This document shows positions 1 through 13,785 of a stretch of DNA of 64,000 nt, in pieces. The notes below the pieces were generated by a model. That model saw nothing but the letters and a program-made list of their open reading frames with translations, did not search any database and had not been told where the DNA came from. The translations under genes were made by a program, and so were the position numbers. Position 1 is the first letter of the stretch, and each line of letters begins with the position of its first letter. Source of the stretch: Selaginella moellendorffii (lineage: Eukaryota > Plantae > Lycopodiophyta); the NCBI RefSeq assembly GCF_000143415.4, contig NW_003314379.1, positions 248,001 to 312,000 of the forward strand. The letters run 5' to 3'.

Positions 1-573
1 TGGCCGTGTTCGCCAACATTGCCACTGGATCAAAGCCCACAAGCCCGACCACTAAGTCCCACGGTCCTCTGGGACTTTCTCACCGCATGACTGTATCCTT
101 GGTCATTACACCAGAGGATTACTCCTCTTCCTTTCCACAGTCTGGGCCTTTAGGACAATATTTCGGAACACCGTGGCCTTATGCAAGCCTCGTGGGTACT
201 CTCCCTGCCTTCCACCTTTGGGTGCTCTAGCCATGGGCTTAGAGCGAGGTTCCATTGAGCCACGCTTGGTATCTAAGTAGGTAGTGCCACCCACACTTGG
301 ACTGGGAGCATCGGCCAGTCGATCTCCCGAGGGAACTAGAGCTGGCTCTTGAACACTTCACCAAGCTACCCTGCTTGCCGGTCTGTGTTCACTTTAGTCT
401 TGGACTTCTCAGTGGGCAGCTCATCACCCAACACTAGGTACAGCCTTTTTGGGCCAAACTGGCCTTTTCTGGCCAAACTGGCTCCACTGCAGTCCTCCCC
501 CCTACTATACTTTTGGAGCTCACCAAACCCCCTAGGGTTTGGGAGACGAACGCTTTGGGCTTTCACCCTTTCA

Positions 574-1030
574 GACTCGAACTCAGACTCGGACTCAGAC
601 TCGGACTCGGACTCGGACTCGGACTCGGACTCGGACTCGGGCTCGGGCTCGGACTCGGGCTCGGGCTTGGTCTTGGCCTCGGCCTCAATCTCGGTCCCAA
701 TTTCGGTCTCGGTCCCGGTCTCAGTCTCGTTCCTGGTCTCGGTCTCGGTCCCAGTCTCGGTCTCGACCTCGGACTCCATCTTGGACTCCTTCTCAGTCCA
801 TCTCGGACTCTATCTCGGACTCCATCTTGGGTCCATCTCGGACTCCATCTCGAACTCTGTCTCAGTCCATCTCGGACTCCATCTTGGACTCTGTCTCGGT
901 CCATCTCGGACTCCATCTCAAACTCCGTTTTAGACTCCATCTCAGATTCCGTCTCAGACTCCATCTCAGACTCCATCTCGAACTCCATCTCGGACTCCAT
1001 CTCGGACTCCATCTTGGGTCCATCTCGGAC
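574..1030. repeat. Tandem repeat array: (GACTCG/GGTCTC)n hexamers grading into (GGACTCCATCTC)n dodecamers
   Basis: Directly visible. It produces spurious SDSD/ESES/RTRT ORFs in all frames. The adjacent TTTGGGCTTTCACCC is shared with the LTR-like elements at ~7490 and ~26365, so the array probably sits in an LTR remnant running off the window start. Confidence 0.9.
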
Positions 1031-2514
1031 ACTTTCACATGTCATATGTTGGTCCTTTTGGGTCCCTTTTTAGAGCCTCACTTATTACTCGCTTCGTGCT
1101 TATTCCTCGAGCACTTTGTTGGGAGTTCCACTCCCACTCTTGACCTTTCAAATCGGAGCTTTTAGTCCAAACGTGTTACGCTCATTTGGCTTTCGCTTCG
1201 GCCACTACCACGTGGTGCCCTTCCGGCTTCACTTTGGGGCCTAGGGATTTTGTGTCTCACATATGCCTCCTCACATGAGAGAATTCCCACATAGTGAATA
1301 TTTTCCATATAGGCCAAATTATACAACTACTCTAGTAAAAGTTGTAGCTCAATTTTTTTCTACATTTGAAATGCACAAATCACTTCGTGTGTTAATCAAG
1401 CTTTTACTAGATGAAGTAGTTGAGAGGCTTCACACTATAAATGTGGAATGGAGAGCTATAAAGCTTGCTACTAGATGTAAGCATCAATCATAGAGACACT
1501 GCTACTGTCATTTTGATCTCGAATAAACTTAGAGATATTAGAAAAGGGTTGTGGTCTAAAAAGGTGAAATAGCCTTAGACACTCCTAAAAACTCTGAAAT
1601 ACATTGCAAAACTTAAAAATCTATAATATAAGTTTGAGAAGAGACTTGTATTAACTATTACTACCCATTAGCAAAAAGGCTAGAGAAAAATTCACCTTGA
1701 AAAACAATTTTTATTTAGATCTGAAGCAAAGTCTTCCACGAATTAGCTGGTATATATTTGAAAAATTACCTAACATCATTCTACAAGAAAATTGATCTAG
1801 AATAAGCTATCATGCAGTAGACAATTTGACTCTTGTGTTGATTCCACAAAACAATTTCACAAAATGGTTTCCATACCCCATTCAAATTAGTTTTTAGTGT
1901 TAATTCAATTTGCCTAAAACTTGCCAAGAGCTCTTTCTAATTCCACAGTTATAAGGGTAAAGTTGGTTATAAGTCAAAAGGTGAGACTTATTATGAAGCA
2001 AGTAAACTATTCTAGAATTGGCTATTATGTGCTAGAGATTTTACACTAAATTAATCTTAACCACACTAGGCACAAGTAGAAAAAGAAGGACCCTCTACGC
2101 ACCAGAGGGAAGGACACCCTACACACCAGAGGGAAAGACCCCCTGATGGAAAGATTAAGGATTGATGACCTTTCACTAACTTGATAGAAGTTGAATTGGG
2201 GAATTATGATAGACAAAATAAGAATGTTTATTAACAATCCACCACACTTATTAGAAGATACATTTTGCTTATAAACCCAGATGTAAATTAATTAATTCCC
2301 ACTCTATATGACTAGATAAAAGTATAAGAAAGCAAAAACTAAACTATCTTATGTGCCTAATTAGTTTAATGAATGACAGATTTAATGAAATTGTTTAAAC
2401 AACTTGATGAACTATCAAATGAGATACTTGACAATATTTTGCTCAAGGTATATAGAAGCTTAACTCCTGATACCTTTACTAAAATTCTTTCTAGACAAAA
2501 ATATCCTTCCTTTA

Positions 2515-3176
2515 TGTAACGCATTTTATCTCTCTCCTCTTAAGCCAACTAAAAAAGGGGCAATTGCTTGATGAGAGAGCCCTTAGTGGCTATTTTATCC
2601 CTATTTATCTCCCAAGGTTCCAAGGATTTACGGTGACACTATATCTAAATTTCATCCTATGATCACATGCACTATACTCACCCCCCCCTTTAGAGAGGAC
2701 ATTGCCCCTTTAGAGATGTCAATGTCCTCATTGACTATTCCCCTACTAAGCCAAGGGGAATTAACACCTCCATTTCCCCACTGAGTGTACCAATCCTTCT
2801 ATTGTATAGACTAGCCATTTCCGCACTGAGTGTACCAATCCTTCCATTATACAGAAAATGAAACAATTAATCATCCACCCGTACCGTAGTCCTACGGTGG
2901 GTATGATTTCAAATTTAGGGGTAGGAATATAACTTGCTCAAGGGTATATTATATTTTTTTAAGTAGCCACTAATCAATGAGAATCGAACCCGTGTCATTT
3001 GCTCTAATACCACATGTAGTGTACTTTATTTCTCTCCCCTTAAACCAACTGGAAAAAGGGCAATTGCTTAATAAGAAAGCCCTTAGTGGCTATTTTATCC
3101 TCATTTATCTCCCAAGATTCCAAGGATTCACAGTAACAGTATATCCAAATCTCATCCCATGATCACATGCGTTACA
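2515..3176 (-). mobile_element. TRIM (miniature non-autonomous LTR element) inserted in the Gypsy RT
   Basis: Direct repeats of ~162 bp at 2515-2676 and 3015-3176 (TGTA...). On the minus strand, a PBS-like TGGTATTAGAGC (iMet-type) follows the right repeat and a PPT AAAGGGGGGGGTGAG precedes the left repeat. Flanks are CTTTA/CTCTA (TSD with 1 mismatch). Confidence 0.85.
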
Positions 3177-5165
3177 CTCTAAATGATAAGGTTTAATAAA
3201 CTTCTCACAATGTTATTGGCGGTGAACCATTAGCATCATTGCAATCTGAATGCTTCACCAGATCATTCAATTAGTAAAAGTGACAAACGGTGTGTATTAT
3301 CCATGAAAACTCTCATGAAATCAATGAAATATTCTTTAAAAGTATCCGCAACAACTCTTTAAAATATACAAAAACCATTGCATAGGCCAAAAAGCATTTT
3401 GCAATATGCATAATCTCCCCATGGGTTTATAAAAACTATTTTATATTGATCTTCAGGTGTTACTTTCACCTAATTATAGCCAAAGAATTCATCTAAAAAT
3501 GAATACATCTCATGACCTATTACTGAATCAAAAATTTTGTTTGTGAAAGGAATAGAGAACATATCCTTTTTTGTTACATCATTTAGCTTTTTGTAATTTA
3601 TACAAATTCGTAATTTTCTATTTTTCTTAGGCACAATTAGAATTGGTAAAAGTCTGGGCATTCTGGATTTAATAAATGAATTCTGCCTAGAGAAATTTAT
3701 CAATTTCTTCCATAACTTTACCTTAGTAATTAGAATTCATTTTATAAGGCATCTGCCTTTTAGCATATTTCTCAAGAGTATCTCAATACAATGCATACAA
3801 AGCTTATGTAAGATTAGGCTAAAATGTCTTTGTAGTCTTTTAGTAGATTTATGGCCTAATTATGAAATTCACTTTGCAATCCTTGAGTAATTGTGATAGT
3901 ATGAGGATTATTCTCATCTACTAAATTGATTTACTCAAATAGTTCATCACAAAAAACATATGACATATAGTTTCTCTATTAATCAATTTTTAAGTAGGAT
4001 CCTCTTTTAGAGAGAAATCTCTTATAGCCAAACCAATCTCTAGTTTATGAGCTTCTTGCCTAGGTATTTTTTGAGTATTAAATAGAGATCAACTTCTAAA
4101 ATTGTCTCAATTTCAGAGAAAACTTTTAAAATTTGTTGTTCTTGGAAATTATCTAGATCTTCCTCACAATTATAAAATTGAGTTTCGAGAGGTTGATCTT
4201 TCCTTCCCAACTATATGGTGGAAGTAATGGGAATAAATCTTTTTTAGTTGCTCTATTTTATACACAAGAAATTGTTTTTTTAGTCTTGGTTTATGCAAGA
4301 CTGTCTACGGTCTGCCTAATAGGGTTTTGTAGGTAGAATCTCGTCATATCATTTTAAGCACAACATAATTAAATTTGTACTTTATGCTAGCCATATTGGT
4401 TAAGGCTTTTCTAATAATTCTAATAGACTTGACACTTTGGTTATCTACCATTCGTATATTAAATAGGGCTAGTTGAATTGGGCCTACGTTTAATTTCTTG
4501 CAAATATTCTCTTCTAGAATATTTACGCTTAAGCCACAATCAATGAGAGTTTTAAATAATAAATTCTTGTCAATCTTTATATCAATTGTAGAAACTTCAC
4601 TATCATAATCCCCTAGCTCAATTATAATGGCCATAGATAGGATTAAAGTTTCTTGGCCTAGAGTGGGTGTAATTTCAATATTTAAAATGACTTTCACTAC
4701 TTTTTTTTCATCCTTACCATTTAGCTTTGGTATAAGTTTTTCCTTTTGCGCTAGTGGTAAATTCATATGAGCTTATAATGGCATGAGACTTTTTTTATTA
4801 GAATCATTATTTTTCAATTTGACTTGTGGTTGCAAGTCTTAGAGTTATTAAGTGATTTCTACACTGATCTTTTTCTTTTGGCGCCATTAAGAGTTGGGAA
4901 TAATTTCTACTTCATCATCACTCCTTTCATCTTGGCTTTCAAATTCAACTCTTCTTTATTGGGCTTTGGTCATAACATAGATGTTATGTAGCTCTTTTGT
5001 ATCTAACCATTCTATCTTAATATGCCTAACTGCAAATTGCATATCCTTAGGGGCTTATCATTTTTGCTTGATGATTCAACTTAATTGTATAGTCTAGAAT
5101 AGCGAGTAGGACTCTTAGCTTGATCATACTCTTTTGGCATTTCATATTCTCTAAGCATATTATAG

Positions 5166-5760
5166 TGTAGCGCACTTTATCTCTCTCCCATTAAACCAAC
5201 TGGAAAAAGGGCAATTGCTTGATGAAAGAGTCTTTAGTGGCTATTTTATCCATATTTATCCTCTAAGGTTTCAGAAATGTCAATATCCTCATTAACTATT
5301 GATTAACAACCCATACTGAGCCAAGGGGAATCAGCACCTCCATTTCCACACTAAATCTACCAATCCTTCCATTGTGTAGACTAACTATTCTACATGAGGC
5401 AATTAGTCATCCACTCATACTGCAGTCCTATGGTGGATACCTTCATTTGTGGATGCTCCACCAAGAAGAAAGATGTATGCATAGATGCCTAATATGTATA
5501 ATTTCAAATTTAGGAATAAGAATATACCTTATTAAAGGGTATATTATATTTTTAAGTAGCTAATAATTAATAGGAATCAAACCTGTGCTATTTAGACATG
5601 TAACACACCCTATCTCTCTCCCTTTAAACCAACTAGAAAAGGGGCAATTGCTTGATAAAAGAGCTTTTAGTGGCTATGTTATCTCCATTTATCTTCCAAG
5701 GTTCCAAGAATTCATGGTAATAATATATTTAAATTTCATTCCATGATCACATATGTTACA
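5166..5760 (-). mobile_element. Second, partly deleted copy of the same TRIM family
   Basis: Repeats start at 5166 (TGTAGCGC) and 5599 and end TTACA at 5760. The internal sequence is homologous to 2700-3000. The PPT end of the left repeat is deleted. Confidence 0.8.
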
Positions 5761-6953
5761 CTATAGTTTCTAAGTTGATCATATTTTTTAGGCCGATTAT
5801 AGTTTTTAGGCTTATTTTCCTTATGGCTAGGTGGATAATCTTGAAAATTACCCCTGGGTAGATAATCCCAATGGTCATTTTGCCTTTTAGCACGTGGATA
5901 TTCACATTTAACACTTCAATTATCATTATAATTGTTCCTTTTACGATAACTTCAATCATCAAATGGATAGCTTTGCCTACATGTTTTTTTATTAACTTAG
6001 GCTACTTGTTGGCCTCTTGGTTATTTAAACAAAGTCCTACATTCCTTAGCTATATACCCTTTTTTTTCATAAATTTGGCACTTGATCAGCTAAAGTTTAC
6101 ATTCTTCCTTACTATGGTCTTCATTTTTACATTTGATACACTAATTCCCTTGTTTGAGATTGGTTTGTAATTTGAGGCTTCTTAAATGATTAGTTTCCTT
6201 GTCTATATGATTCATCATTTTATCTGACTTCACCATATCTACCATATTATATTATTTTATGACATCTTGGTAGGCAATCATGGCTTTTTTCAAGTCATAG
6301 AAATCTATATAAGCTCTCTTTATTACATGTTTACAATAAATTTTCTTGTGGCCCTATATGTATAAGCATAGGTGCATTTTGTCTAACACTAAATCTTTAT
6401 AATGCGTATAATGTTTATTGAATCAAGTTATGTATTCCTCGATTGTCTAAAATTTTCCTTGATGCAAGTTTTTGCAACTCATCATAATTTTCTCCTGGGT
6501 TCCTCTATACCATTATATTGATCATCGCCATTGTTTCCATCAAAAGCCAAAAAACGTATAAGGCATTTTTTGAAAGTCACAGAATTACAATTTTCTAAAA
6601 CAAGTAGGAGAGCATTCTTTTTCACACAATTTGTAGTGTCTTTTGTCATTGCATTTATCTCCAACTCATGATCACTATCCTCACTATCCTCTCTTTCAAT
6701 CTCTTGTATGGTTTGGTTATATTATGCAATAGGATAGTTATTGTATCTCCTAGCCCTTGAACCTTAGGAAGAAAGATTGTGAGAGTTAAAATTACTAACA
6801 CTAGAACTCATAAGTATTTGTGTGTATTTCCTTCTTTTTGAAGGAGAGTATGAATGAAATAAGGAAAAATTTTATCTACTCATCAAATATGCCAAGATTT
6901 TAATATCATTATTATAGTACCAGTCTTTGGCTTTATTTTTAAGTGTATAGGGA

Positions 6954-8050
6954 TGTAGTGCACGTGGTTTTTACCCTTTATCCTATGGTGATTTACCATA
7001 GGATAACCACGAAGTAGAACCTAAACCCTTCATATGCCACATGTCACATGCCATATACCACATACCATGTGTCCAAAGGATAGTGGTGCAAAACCCAAGT
7101 TCTAGGGCTTTGGGCCACTGAACGAAGGGATAGTGCTAAACTCCTAGCATAGAGCCAAGGAGTGATGACACTGGAGCACATAATGACTCCCGAGTGTACA
7201 GCTCAAAAAGTGAAGGGATAGAAGCATAGAGCGACTTAAAACAGTCCTAGAGTATCTAATATCCCAATGCCAGGACCAGCAAACAAAATGGAGTCAAATG
7301 GAGTTTGGCACTATTTCAGCATACCGATAGCTTAACGTGAGGACATGAGTACTCCACCAGCTAGCATGGTGTGAAGCTTGGGTTTAGACCCAAGCCGAAT
7401 GCAGAACAAGGACAGACACACAATCAGGAGCTCCAACTTACCCACTATCCTTACTATACATTTGGAACCTCCCCCTTGAGGAACACATGTTTTGGGCTTT
7501 CACCCCAAGCCTCCCTTAGTATCAAGAGTTAGTCTCTGGGACAAGCTTAAAATGGCGTTAGATTGTGAATTTGGACACGGGACGAACACCATTGTGTTCA
7601 GGACAATCTCTACATTCCGTAGATATGCCAAATGAATAAATCTAGACACTTTCCATAAATAGCATATAGGACTGAAATAAGACTAACACAAAGGACATGA
7701 TAGCGAGGGTGTTTAGCAGATACAGTAAGCTATCATCCAACGATATTGAGAGACTAATCTCAATACGCGAGGGTTTTTGTCAAGCCAATGCAAGACAGAG
7801 CAAAAGAGAACTAAAAAACCGGGCTAAGTATGCTTGGGTAAATAGACATTTAAGAATTCTGTCTTTATGCTCATCCGGCCAAGTACAGATGCAAAGTCCA
7901 GTTTACTAACATTTGAACAAGAGGGACTAATAAAGGGACTAATAAAGGGTCTAGCAATACCGACCTCATACCATCATGGCAGTAAGGAAAAAGGGTTCGT
8001 AAGGATTGGCTGACAGGTAACTTTCGATACCCGAAGTCACATTCGCAACA
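6954..8050. mobile_element. Solo-LTR-like element (~1.1 kb), inverted homolog of 25815-26962
   Basis: TG...CA termini with short imperfect terminal inverted repeats. Full-length reverse-complement similarity to 25815-26962. Confidence 0.75.
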
Positions 8051-9889
8051 ATAGGGGAAAATATTATTTTCTTGCCCATTTGCTTGATTAAGCTTGATTA
8101 CTTTTGTGTATTGTTCAATATGCAGTTATAGGTTTTCCCTTTAATTCTAAAAAAGGATGGATAATTTTGCAATTAGTATAGACAAAATAAATGTTTGGTT
8201 TGTAGGGGAACTTGGATCACCATTAAAGGGTAAAGGTTATAAATTTAGCTTTTCTTCATTTTGTGGAGAATCAGTCCAGTTATTTTGTGTTTCACTACTT
8301 TCAGTTGAAGTAGAGGTGCTTTCTATGTGCCGATGCTACCAAAGAGGAGTAGCGTATGGATTTACATATTTTGAATGATTGTCAAAGTCATATTGGGATT
8401 TTTTATTTCCTCTTTATTGAGGTGTACTTAATATGTTTTTAGCTCGCTCTCTTTCAAACTTTTTTCTAGCTTAATTGAGCAATGATTTAATCTATTTTAA
8501 AGAGAGGTTAAAATCACAAATATCATAAACAAATGCTCTGTAATCTTATTCTAGATCTTGTGAATATTTCTTTTCAAATTGTCTTCCACTCATCAGATTG
8601 TGAGGAAAATGTTGTATATTTATTATCTTGTTTGGTATAGACAGTGAGAATTTTATGCATAGGGACTATACCCTTTAAAGCTTTATAGGTAAAATTAATT
8701 GTTGGTCTATACCTATATATTTCAAGATCTGTTAGCATTGCTACTATAACAACTTTAGTTATTATACCTCGTTCATGGAGTGAGTGGTATAAGGTTTTGA
8801 TATGCAATGTGTTCCTCTTGTAAATTGGCCTATCAATCATTCTTAGAAACAAGCACCTAACTTCCCAATCAATTTTGAAATGAGGATGCCTTTCCTCTAA
8901 AAGCCAAATGTTTAGGATATTTCTTATATAAAAGTCTTAAAAATTTCTCAAGTAACAAATGCTATTTTTCATAGCATATCTTTCTTGCTCAAGTATGGTC
9001 CACCTTAAGAGATTTTTACTCCACAAAATTTTGTTACCTATCAATCTAGATTTGAAATTGATCTAATGTATATTAGCCTAATTATTAATAAGTGTATTTC
9101 TACCTATGGGTATCAAAGTTTTATTGTGGACCATTAAAGTTTCTAGAATAGCTTCTTTACCTAAGATTGCATAAAATTTTAACAATTGCTTAGTAAGTAG
9201 AATTTTATAAATCTTTTATAGGTTATAATATTCAAGATTTGCATCTAGTTAGGATAAGAAGAATTTTAGTGTCTTTAGCTCCAAAAATAAATATTTAATT
9301 TACTTACAAAAATCTTTCCAAAAATGTAGAGAGCATAACATTTCTCTTAATCTAGAGAAATGTACTTTTTTTTTAAAATTTGGGTATACTTTTAAGTCAT
9401 ATTATATGCAAAAAAAGCATCATTGTAAACAAAGACAAAACTCAAGTGATTGAGATAATGTCTCCACCATATAATTTAAAAGTTTTTGTTTTCTAAACAA
9501 AGTTGGATATCACAAGTGATTTGTAAAAGCTTATACAAAAATTGCCAAACCACTTACTGATTTTTTTAAGAAAAATACTTCATTTATATAGAACGATAAT
9601 TGTCAAAAATTATTTTTAAGGCTTAAACAATGCCTTGAAAAAGCATTTATACTTGTTAAGCCTAACTATATGAAAAAGTTTCACTTACAAGTGGATACTT
9701 TTAATATTGCCACATATACAATATTATCCCAAACATAAAGTGATCAAAAACATCATCTTACCTACAAAGTAGTCAAAGAATACAGAGATATGTCCACCAC
9801 TTCCCAAGAATTATTTTGTGCCAAGAAAACAAATGTCTATTTGTCCATGCTCAAAATCATCTTATTGCAATCAACGACAAGGGGGTTGT

Positions 9890-11060
9890 AAACTCCCATG
9901 GCAGTGGCAGAAGAGGATCCCATCGATCCTCCACCAGATTGTATACCTCAGTGTCCAGTTCCCTCGCCCCAAGGTTCCCACCAACAATGTAGAGCCAACC
10001 CTCCATACATACGACACAGCATTGGCACCGCAGCACTCAACTGTTTGTGTGAATCGAAGATGCTTACTGATTTCCCAGTGGAATCCCATCTCCCAAGAAG
10101 TTAGAGCGATCATCGTAGAACTTGGTGCTGAAGACGAGATTCCTCCACGCTCGGCTCTGCCCATGCGATGAGAGCGACACTCGCAGGAGGCACTGGTACA
10201 CAGCATCATCTTCCAGGCCAGGGATGAGCGGCGCCGTCGCCATAGCCGGGCTCTATTTGGAAGCACGTTCTTGTGTAATCTCTGGCATCTTGACAAGGCG
10301 ATCAAAGCCTTCCACTCAATCCAGGATCCCAATGTCTTCTCCTGGAACAGTCCTTCAATGATGCCATGAAAGCCTTGTTTCTCTCGGAGAGAGACGTGGT
10401 GACTTGGACGACTATGGTGAGCGCATCTGGAATGTCTTCTCTACTTACGAAGAGCCGCTTGCATGCTACGCGCACATGATCACGCTGGGGCATCCCAGAA
10501 AGACTAATCATGTTTCTAGCCGTGGACACTTTTGACGAGAGGGACACAGTGGCAAGGCTTGGACTCAATGCCCACATTGGAGATCTTGAGTAAGCGGATA
10601 TCCATCAAGGATATGTCGTCCTAAACGACGGTGTCACCAAAATGGAGCAGCTTGGAAGCTTAGTTTGATCGAGACAAATGTTGATCGTGTTCCACAGCGG
10701 GAACTTACGTCCTGGAACGCCATGGTCTGCGCATATGCCCAGATTGGACATTTCCAGGAACTCTTTCATCTCGTCAAAAACGTTGCGAGCTTGTGCCATG
10801 CTCCCACACTTTGCGTACATGTCCACCATCGTCCTCCCTACGTACAAGTCAGAGACAAAGCCACGCTTCGCCGCTGCGGCATGCAAAGCCATGCCCCTCT
10901 CCAAGCACCTCTTCTTGGCTAGGAAGCTCTTTTGCAGATGCCCGAGAGCATGGACGGCACTCTTTGGCGCCGCGGTAAAGAAGCGCGATAGATGTTCTTC
11001 AAAATGGAAATGCCTCGCAAACGCAATCCGGGATGCGGCCCGAGAGGACCTTGCGATGCT
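9890..11060. pseudogene. Mosaic of PLS-class PPR fragments (both strands) and a kelch-like fragment
   Basis: Minus strand: GFVSDLYVGRTMVDMYAKCGSMAQARNVFDEM. Plus strand: RELTSWNAMVCAYAQIGH. 9915-9965 resembles the kelch debris at ~55625. Confidence 0.65.
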
Positions 11061-11164
11061 GCTCGAGGACCACAGACATCGTTCGTGGCGGTGCTAAGGG
11101 TTCAGATAGGCTATTGCAGGTGATTTTTGCATGGCTAAAAGGAAGGGAGACCTCGGGCACGAAA

Positions 11165-13155
11165 ATGTCAAGTATGGAACAGGAGGCCTTACAATACGTT
11201 CTCGCAAGATCTGGAACGCCATTCCATCCTTTCCAGATCATATCTCCTGGCCTTCGTTCCTCGCGGCTTGCAACAATCGACAAAGACCATTTCTCCAAAG
11301 ACAACTTAAAAGAGGTGTTTGATTGTCCACTGTTTGTTTGTCTTTATCTTTATCTGTGTGGATTCTTTTATCCGGTTGATAGGTCTCCATCCATCCATCG
11401 CGAATACCTACTAGCTCACTCCCGATTCCTCATCCATCGCCGGGATGGAATTCGAAGCGGTGAGACCCAAGTACTCTCCGCCGCTCCAATCGCTACACCT
11501 TCTCCAGGTACTCCACATTTCTTCTCCATTGTCCATAGGATTGATTAATCTTCCACAATGAGCTCGAGCTATAGAGGTTTTTACTGGTTTTCCAAGGTTC
11601 ATGTGTTTTTCAGGCATGGCGATCGATCGCCCACGCCGGCTTTTGGGAATTCCAACCCGGAGGTGTGGAGCAGCAGGCTCGAGGCAGTGCCACCGCTGCT
11701 CCAGCCCCAGAATTACCAGTACCAAGAGCGCCCCTTCGGACACCTCACGAGGAAAGGTACTTGAGATGACTTGGTTCTCCTCTCCATGGAAGTCTGTGAG
11801 ACTCGATTTGCAGGAGCCGAGCAAGCGAGAGGGCTGGGAGCTTGGATCAAGGACGCATATCTGGAGGAGCTCGGCGTTGATACCAGCCAGCCGGATTCTT
11901 TTTTGCGGGTGCGCTCAACCAACTTTCTAAGAACACACATGACGGGTGAGGCAAGTTGAAAGTTCCTCGTGTTTCGCTCGAGCTTATAGATTCGAGATTT
12001 TCCACTAGAGCAGCTTGGTTTGTGCTTGAAGCGCTCCTCGGCTCGGGCGAGCTAGCAGCGTCTGTTCCAATCTGCATCTCCGAGGATCGTCTGGAAAACT
12101 TGTATCACAACGATCACTGTGCACGGTATGGATTCACTCACATTTTCTCGCATCTCTTTGGCGAAGTCTTACAACTTTGATCCAAACCACAGCTTGGCCA
12201 AGCTCTGGAGAGCCTCTTTGAGCAGAAAAAGGCAAGCTGAGGTTCGTCCCGATGGTACTGTGCAAGAAACTGGATGGTGTGACCAGTTTGAGGTAAAACT
12301 TTCATTTTTTTCCATGAAAGAGTGCCTTTTTTTTCTTCCAGGACATTCGTTTTTCCTTCTCTAAGCACCTGGATTTACCTCAAGGAAAGAGATTTCCATG
12401 GGTTCTGGTATGAAAAAAAAAAACACGCTCTAGGTAGTAACGTCTCGTCCCTGCGTGAGGTTTTCATACTTTTCCTTTTTGTTGTGCCAGGCTGCTGATG
12501 TTGTTCACTGCGCACTAGCTCACGGAGATCCTGTCCCGGATAATTTTACAGTCGAAAAACTATGCGAGATTCGAGATTTCCTTGCTCAAGATTACGTGAG
12601 CTCATTTCAGGTAGAGCTGTCGTTAAGTTTTTCTAAGCTAGCTTCTAAGTCTCATGCTTGAAACTTCCACAGGACAGAGAAATCTGCGAGCTCTCAATGG
12701 GAAGATTGCTCCGAGAAGTCGTGAGTTCTATGGAGAACCACAGAGACACACCCTCATTGTATTTATATTCTGGCCACGATGCAACTCTCGTGCCACTCTC
12801 TGGTAACATCTTTTCTTTTCTTGATCTCTTGGATGAAACTTTCCCTTGTTTGATCGTTCTAGTTGCCTTGGGTCGACCATGGCAAAGCTGGCCATCTTAC
12901 GCAGCATCCATTTCCATCGAGCTATGGCGCTCCTTGGAAGATAGCAACCAGCATTTCGTCCGTGTTCTCTACGATGGCGTTGCGGTTCCCTTGCCTGTGG
13001 AGTTGGAAGGCATCGAACAAACTTGGAAGCCCGAGCAGCAAAACACAATCAAGTCGAGCAAGAAAACCCTGTTTACGCTCCAGGAATTTGTCAAGCTCGC
13101 TGGCTGGACGATGCTCAGCGATGCCGAGTTCCAGAACAAGTGCCAGTGCATCTGA
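11165..13155 (+). CDS. Histidine acid phosphatase (ACP6/lysophosphatidic acid phosphatase-like), multi-exon
   Basis: Catalytic RHGDRSP (~11615) and LYSGHDATL (~12760) motifs. C-terminal WPSYAASISIELW..HFVRVLYDG. Short GT-AG introns; stop at 13153-13155. Start codon and 5' exons are uncertain. Confidence 0.8.
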
Positions 13156-13399
13156 AGAACAAGTTCATTCGAATTCTTTCCAAGGACAAAGTTGGAAGAA
13201 AATAAAACAGAGCATTTTTTACCAGCGCTGGCTATGGCTTTCATAGAGGAGTTTCTTTCGATGGCTATGGCGACGCTCGTCCCAGGCCTGGACGAGGATA
13301 CCGCCTACCAGTGCTTGCTGCGCGTCTCTCTCGAATCCCACGGGCAAATCCGCAAGGTGATGGTGGCTAACACCTACGAGGATCGAGCTGCCCAAGGCC

Positions 13400-13685
13400 A
13401 CGATCAGGAATAGCTTGTTGCCATCGCGATGAGAAAGAGCGGCGCCGCGAACTTCAAGCAGCGTCAAGCCGGGGTGGATGATCCTTTCCACCACCGCCAG
13501 TCCATGGAGAAGGATTCCAGTGTCCAGTGTAGATATCTCAATGGCAAGCTCTACGTTATTGGAGGGTGGAGAAGCGAGGCTGATCCACACACCAACGAAT
13601 GAAGCCGTGTGGCACCAGCTATCGCCTCGCGCGCATTCCACGAGCGTGGCTATGGAGGGCCGTAGGTGGCGTGGATGTCTCTTAT
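13400..13685 (+). pseudogene. Kelch-repeat (F-box/kelch-type) fragment
   Basis: LNGKLYVIGGWRS at ~13535-13575; disrupted and cut by the assembly gap. Confidence 0.55.
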
Positions 13686-13785
13686 NNNNNNNNNNNNNNN
13701 NNNNNNNNNNNNNNNNNNNNNNNNNNNNNNNNNNNNNNNNNNNNNNNNNNNNNNNNNNNNNNNNNNNNNNNNNNNNNNNNNNNNN
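13686..13785. other. Assembly gap (100 N)
   Basis: Run of N. Confidence 1.

Larger units (their letters stand above)
2240..6900 (-). mobile_element. Highly degenerate Ty3/Gypsy retrotransposon internal region (gag-AP-RT), related to the intact element at 32113
   Basis: 3470-3703 encodes IVPKKNRKLRICINYKKLNDVTKKD..GHEMYSFLD (RT; aligns with VVPKKNGKLRICVNYKQLNDVTNKD..GHEMYSFLD of the intact element). 4344-4766 encodes a protease-like LIDCGLSVNI..FNIRMVD. Many stops; boundaries approximate. Confidence 0.85.

Noticed and set aside
349-1165. SD-repeat (staphylococcal adhesin-like) and other dipeptide-repeat ORFs
   Set aside because: Open in several frames only because of the hexamer repeat; no flanking domains.
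1262-2100. Possible hAT transposase relic
   Set aside because: Only a vague resemblance (LR..LL..V..W); no catalytic motif or termini can be supported.
8051-9800. Possible decayed LINE or other TE in the AT-rich tract
   Set aside because: No interpretable motif found.
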